DNA of 64,000 nucleotides from Escherichia coli (GTDB lineage Bacteria; Pseudomonadota; Gammaproteobacteria; Enterobacterales; Enterobacteriaceae): NCBI RefSeq assembly GCF_003018235.1, contig NZ_CP027437.1; one strand, 5' to 3'. Shown piece by piece: positions 61,715 to 64,000 of this stretch (position 1 is its first letter; each line of letters starts with the position of its first letter). The notes under the pieces were generated by a model. It saw only the letters and a program-made list of their open reading frames with translations, ran no database searches and was not told where the DNA came from. The position numbers and the translations under genes were made by a program.

Positions 61715-61783
61715 ACGTTAGTTTTTGTGTCGTTCTCGGCGGTGCTTCGCTTGGCCGGGCTATGTTAGAAAAAGCCCTCATCT

Positions 61784-63228
61784 TGGACTGCACCCCAAAA
61801 GTTGGACACCCAACTGATTAAGGTGCAGTTTTTTATGGCAAAGCCAAAATATTCTCTCGAAACCAGATTAGCTGTCGTTACTCATTATCTTGCCGGACAC
61901 GATGGCGCACGTCGTACCGCTGAACGTTTTGGTGTTGAAGAAACATCAGTGCGACGCAGGGTAAGAGCCTGGCAACTCCACGGTATTGATGGTATTACAT
62001 GGAAAAATGACCGCCATTCTCCTGAGTTTCGACTGACGGTTGTCCTGAAGTCTCTGAGTGAAGAACTTACCATGCGCGAAGCCGCCGCACGGTTTAATAT
62101 CTCCAATGAATCCGTTGTCCGGCACTGGGTGAAGGTTTACAAAGACACTAGTGAAGCAGGACTTCTGAACATAAAACCAGGCCGGAGCAAGGACATGACA
62201 AAACCTCTAAAAACACCTCCACTTACGATGAAGAATTGGAAAAGTTATCTCCCGAAGAACTGCGGGCGGAACTCCGTTACCTTCGCGCAGAGAATGCCTA
62301 TCTAAAAAAGCTGAAGGCCTTAGTTCAAAGCGAGAAAAACGGCAGAAAGCCCGGATAATCAGTGAGCTAAGGCTGAAGCATGCGCTCGGTGATCTTCTGC
62401 GTGCCGCGGGTATGTCCCGCAGTACGTGGTATCACAATATGAATGCCCTGAAGCGAGTGGACAGGCATGCCGGACTGAAAGACAAATCAGAGAGATTTAT
62501 CATTATCACAAAGGGCATTATGGCTACCGCAGAATCACGCTCTCACTGAGAAAATAGGGCGTGTTGGTAAACCATAAAACAGTGCAGCGGCTGATGGCAG
62601 AGCTGTCGCTCCGCTCTGTGATAAGGGTGAAGAAATATCGTTCCTGGAAAGGGGAAGTAGGCAAAGCTGCACCCAATATCCTGATCCGGAACTTTGGTGC
62701 AACGAAGTCCAACGAAAAATGGGTGACGGATGTTACAGAGTTCTCGGTACAGGGTAAAAAGCTGTACCTGTCGACAGTTCTCGATCTGTTTAACCGGGAG
62801 ATTATCTCCTACAGCCTGTCAGAAAGGCTGGTGATGGAGATGATTAATACGATGCTGCACGATGCATTCTCAGTGTTTGGACCGGAGGATGCACCGTTGC
62901 TGCACACGGTTCAGGGCTGGCAATATCGAATGGCAGGCTATCAGGCAACGTTAAAGGCCCATGGAATGACACAAAGTATGTCGCGCAAGGGAAACTGTCT
63001 GGATAACGCAGTGATGGAGAACTTCTTCGGCGCACTGAAATCGGAGTGTTTTTACCTGAACAGGTTTAGCGATCTGAATGAACTGAGGAAAGCGATAGAG
63101 GACTATATCCATTATTATAACAACGAGCGGATCAGCCTGAAATTAAAAGGCCTGAGTCCGGTAGAATACCGAACTCAGGCCCTGAAAGCCGCTTAACATG
63201 AACTGTCCAACTTTATGGGGGCAGTCCA
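61784..63228 (+). mobile_element. IS3-family (IS150-group-like) insertion sequence, 1445 bp, transposase genes decayed
   Basis: IRL TGGACTGCACCCCAAAAGTTGGACA (61784-) versus the reverse complement of the right end, TGGACTGCCCCCATAAAGTTGGACA (-63228). OrfA-like HTH ORF, A AAA AAG slippery heptamer at 62304-62310, DDE orfB. Confidence 0.85.
61835..63196 (+). pseudogene. IS3-family transposase orfA-orfB, disrupted
   Basis: The HTH part (frame of 61835) and the leucine-zipper part (DEELEKLSPEELRAELRYLRAENAYLKKLKAL) are in different frames. orfB changes frame near 62484 (gacaaatc). In-frame TAG at 62555-62557 precedes GVLVNHKTVQRLM. Confidence 0.75.
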
Positions 63229-63259
63229 TCCATGAGGGCTTTTTTTGTGCACAGAAAAT

Positions 63260-63484
63260 CCCCTGCTAGGCTGAGGGGGGGGCCGGAAAGCTTTCAGCTT
63301 TGAGCCAGTTATTAAAACCCTTTTGATTTGTTAAAACACCTTGCGGTCTGGCAACTGCAAGTGTCAAACAAGAAATCAAAAGGGGGGGCTAATGGGGAAC
63401 AAAGAGAGCTTAGCGCACACCCGATTGAACGATAAATCTCACATATTTTTTGCGCCAAAATACCGAAGACAGGTGGTAAGGTAA
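63260..63484 (+). mobile_element. IS200 left-end remnant with 30-codon tnpA stub
   Basis: Long 5' stem-loop cccttttgatttgtt...aacaagaaatcaaaaggggg followed by ATG 63392. The stub encodes MGNKESLAHTRLNDKSHIFFAPKYRRQVVR then stop, similar to the IS200 TnpA N-terminus (SLAHTRWNCKYHIVFAPKYRRQ from memory). The rest of the element is absent. Confidence 0.7.
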
Positions 63485-63489
63485 TCCCC

Positions 63490-63517
63490 CCGAAAAAACC
63501 GGTGCGATGTCCGGGTT
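63490..63517 (-). terminator. Probable his operon terminator
   Basis: Minus strand reads ACCCGGACATCGCACCGGTTTTTTCGGGG immediately after the hisI stop: a short imperfect stem plus T6. Confidence 0.45.
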
Positions 63518-63528
63518 AGGAAAGAGGA

Positions 63529-64000
63529 TTACTGATGTCTTTTGCATAAATTCTCAATCACCGTCGTCAGGTCTAGGTTCTGATCCTGCAACAGCACCAG
63601 CAGGTGATACATCAAGTCCGATGCCTCGTTGGTCAGTTCGAAGCGGTCATGTACTGTGGCGGCCAGTGCTGTTTCCACGCCTTCTTCGCCCACTTTCTGC
63701 GCAATGCGTTTGGTGCCGCTGGCATACAGTTTGGCGGTATAGGAGGTTTCCGGATCGGCAGATTTACGTTCGGCGAGCAGTTGTTCCAGTTGATACAGGA
63801 ACAGCCATTGGTGAGCGGTGTCGCCGAAGCAGCTGCTGGTGCCTTTGTGGCAGGTCGGGCCGATGGGATTCGCCAGCAACAGTAACGTGTCGTTGTCGCA
63901 GTCCGGCGTAATATTTACTACGTTGAGGAAATTGCCCGACGTTTCGCCTTTGGTCCACAGTCGCTGTTTAGTGCGCGAGAAGAAGGTGACTTTGCCGCTT
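63529..64000 (-). CDS. hisI: Bifunctional phosphoribosyl-AMP cyclohydrolase / phosphoribosyl-ATP pyrophosphatase HisIE, C-terminal part (5' end outside window)
   Basis: The minus-strand frame remains open up to the window edge at base 64000. C-terminus ...[68 protein letters not shown]. Confidence 0.93.
   Translation of the reverse strand, partial: SGKVTFFSRTKQRLWTKGETSGNFLNVVNITPDCDNDTLLLLANPIGPTCHKGTSSCFGDTAHQWLFLYQLEQLLAERKSADPETSYTAKLYASGTKRIAQKVGEEGVETALAATVHDRFELTNEASDLMYHLLVLLQDQNLDLTTVIENLCKRHQ

Noticed and set aside
63507..63958. Plus-strand ORFs of 134 and 93 aa and a minus-strand 64-aa ORF overlapping hisI
   Set aside because: They are antisense or out-of-frame relative to the recognisable HisIE C-terminal sequence.

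Overview
Escherichia coli-type chromosomal segment, in reverse-complement orientation relative to the K-12 map. Gene identities come from reading the supplied translations against remembered E. coli proteins; no search was run. Order: mdtA (5' part, minus strand) - tandem ibs/sib type I toxin-antitoxin repeats - yegL/yegK/yegJ/yegI (vWA, PP2C phosphatase, Ser/Thr kinase) - yegD - alkA - dgcE - udk - dcd - asmA - yegH - complete colanic acid cluster (wza wzb wzc wcaABCDEF gmd fcl gmm wcaI cpsB cpsG wcaJ wzxC wcaK wcaL wcaM) - galF - AT-rich ABC-transporter (wzm/wzt) type O-antigen cluster - gnd - seven-gene accessory island - ugd - decayed IS3-family element - IS200 stub - hisI (3' part). Bases 1-41.4 kb look like ordinary conserved backbone with REP/BIME repeats and two JUMPStart/ops elements. 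The accessory content is 41.4-63.5 kb. The strongest novelty candidate is the island between gnd and ugd (53.7-60.5 kb). It has the logic of a polyprenyl-phosphate-dependent periplasmic glycan-modification system (two GT2 enzymes, a small 4-TM putative flippase, a putative GT-C transferase) plus an FAD oxidoreductase, an atypical SDR and a TIM-barrel isomerase, and its membrane GT2 carries an in-frame amber codon. Other notable points: a short Wzt paired with a WbdD-like methyltransferase/coiled-coil protein, duplicated glycosyltransferase modules, and absence of wzzB with IS debris in its place.
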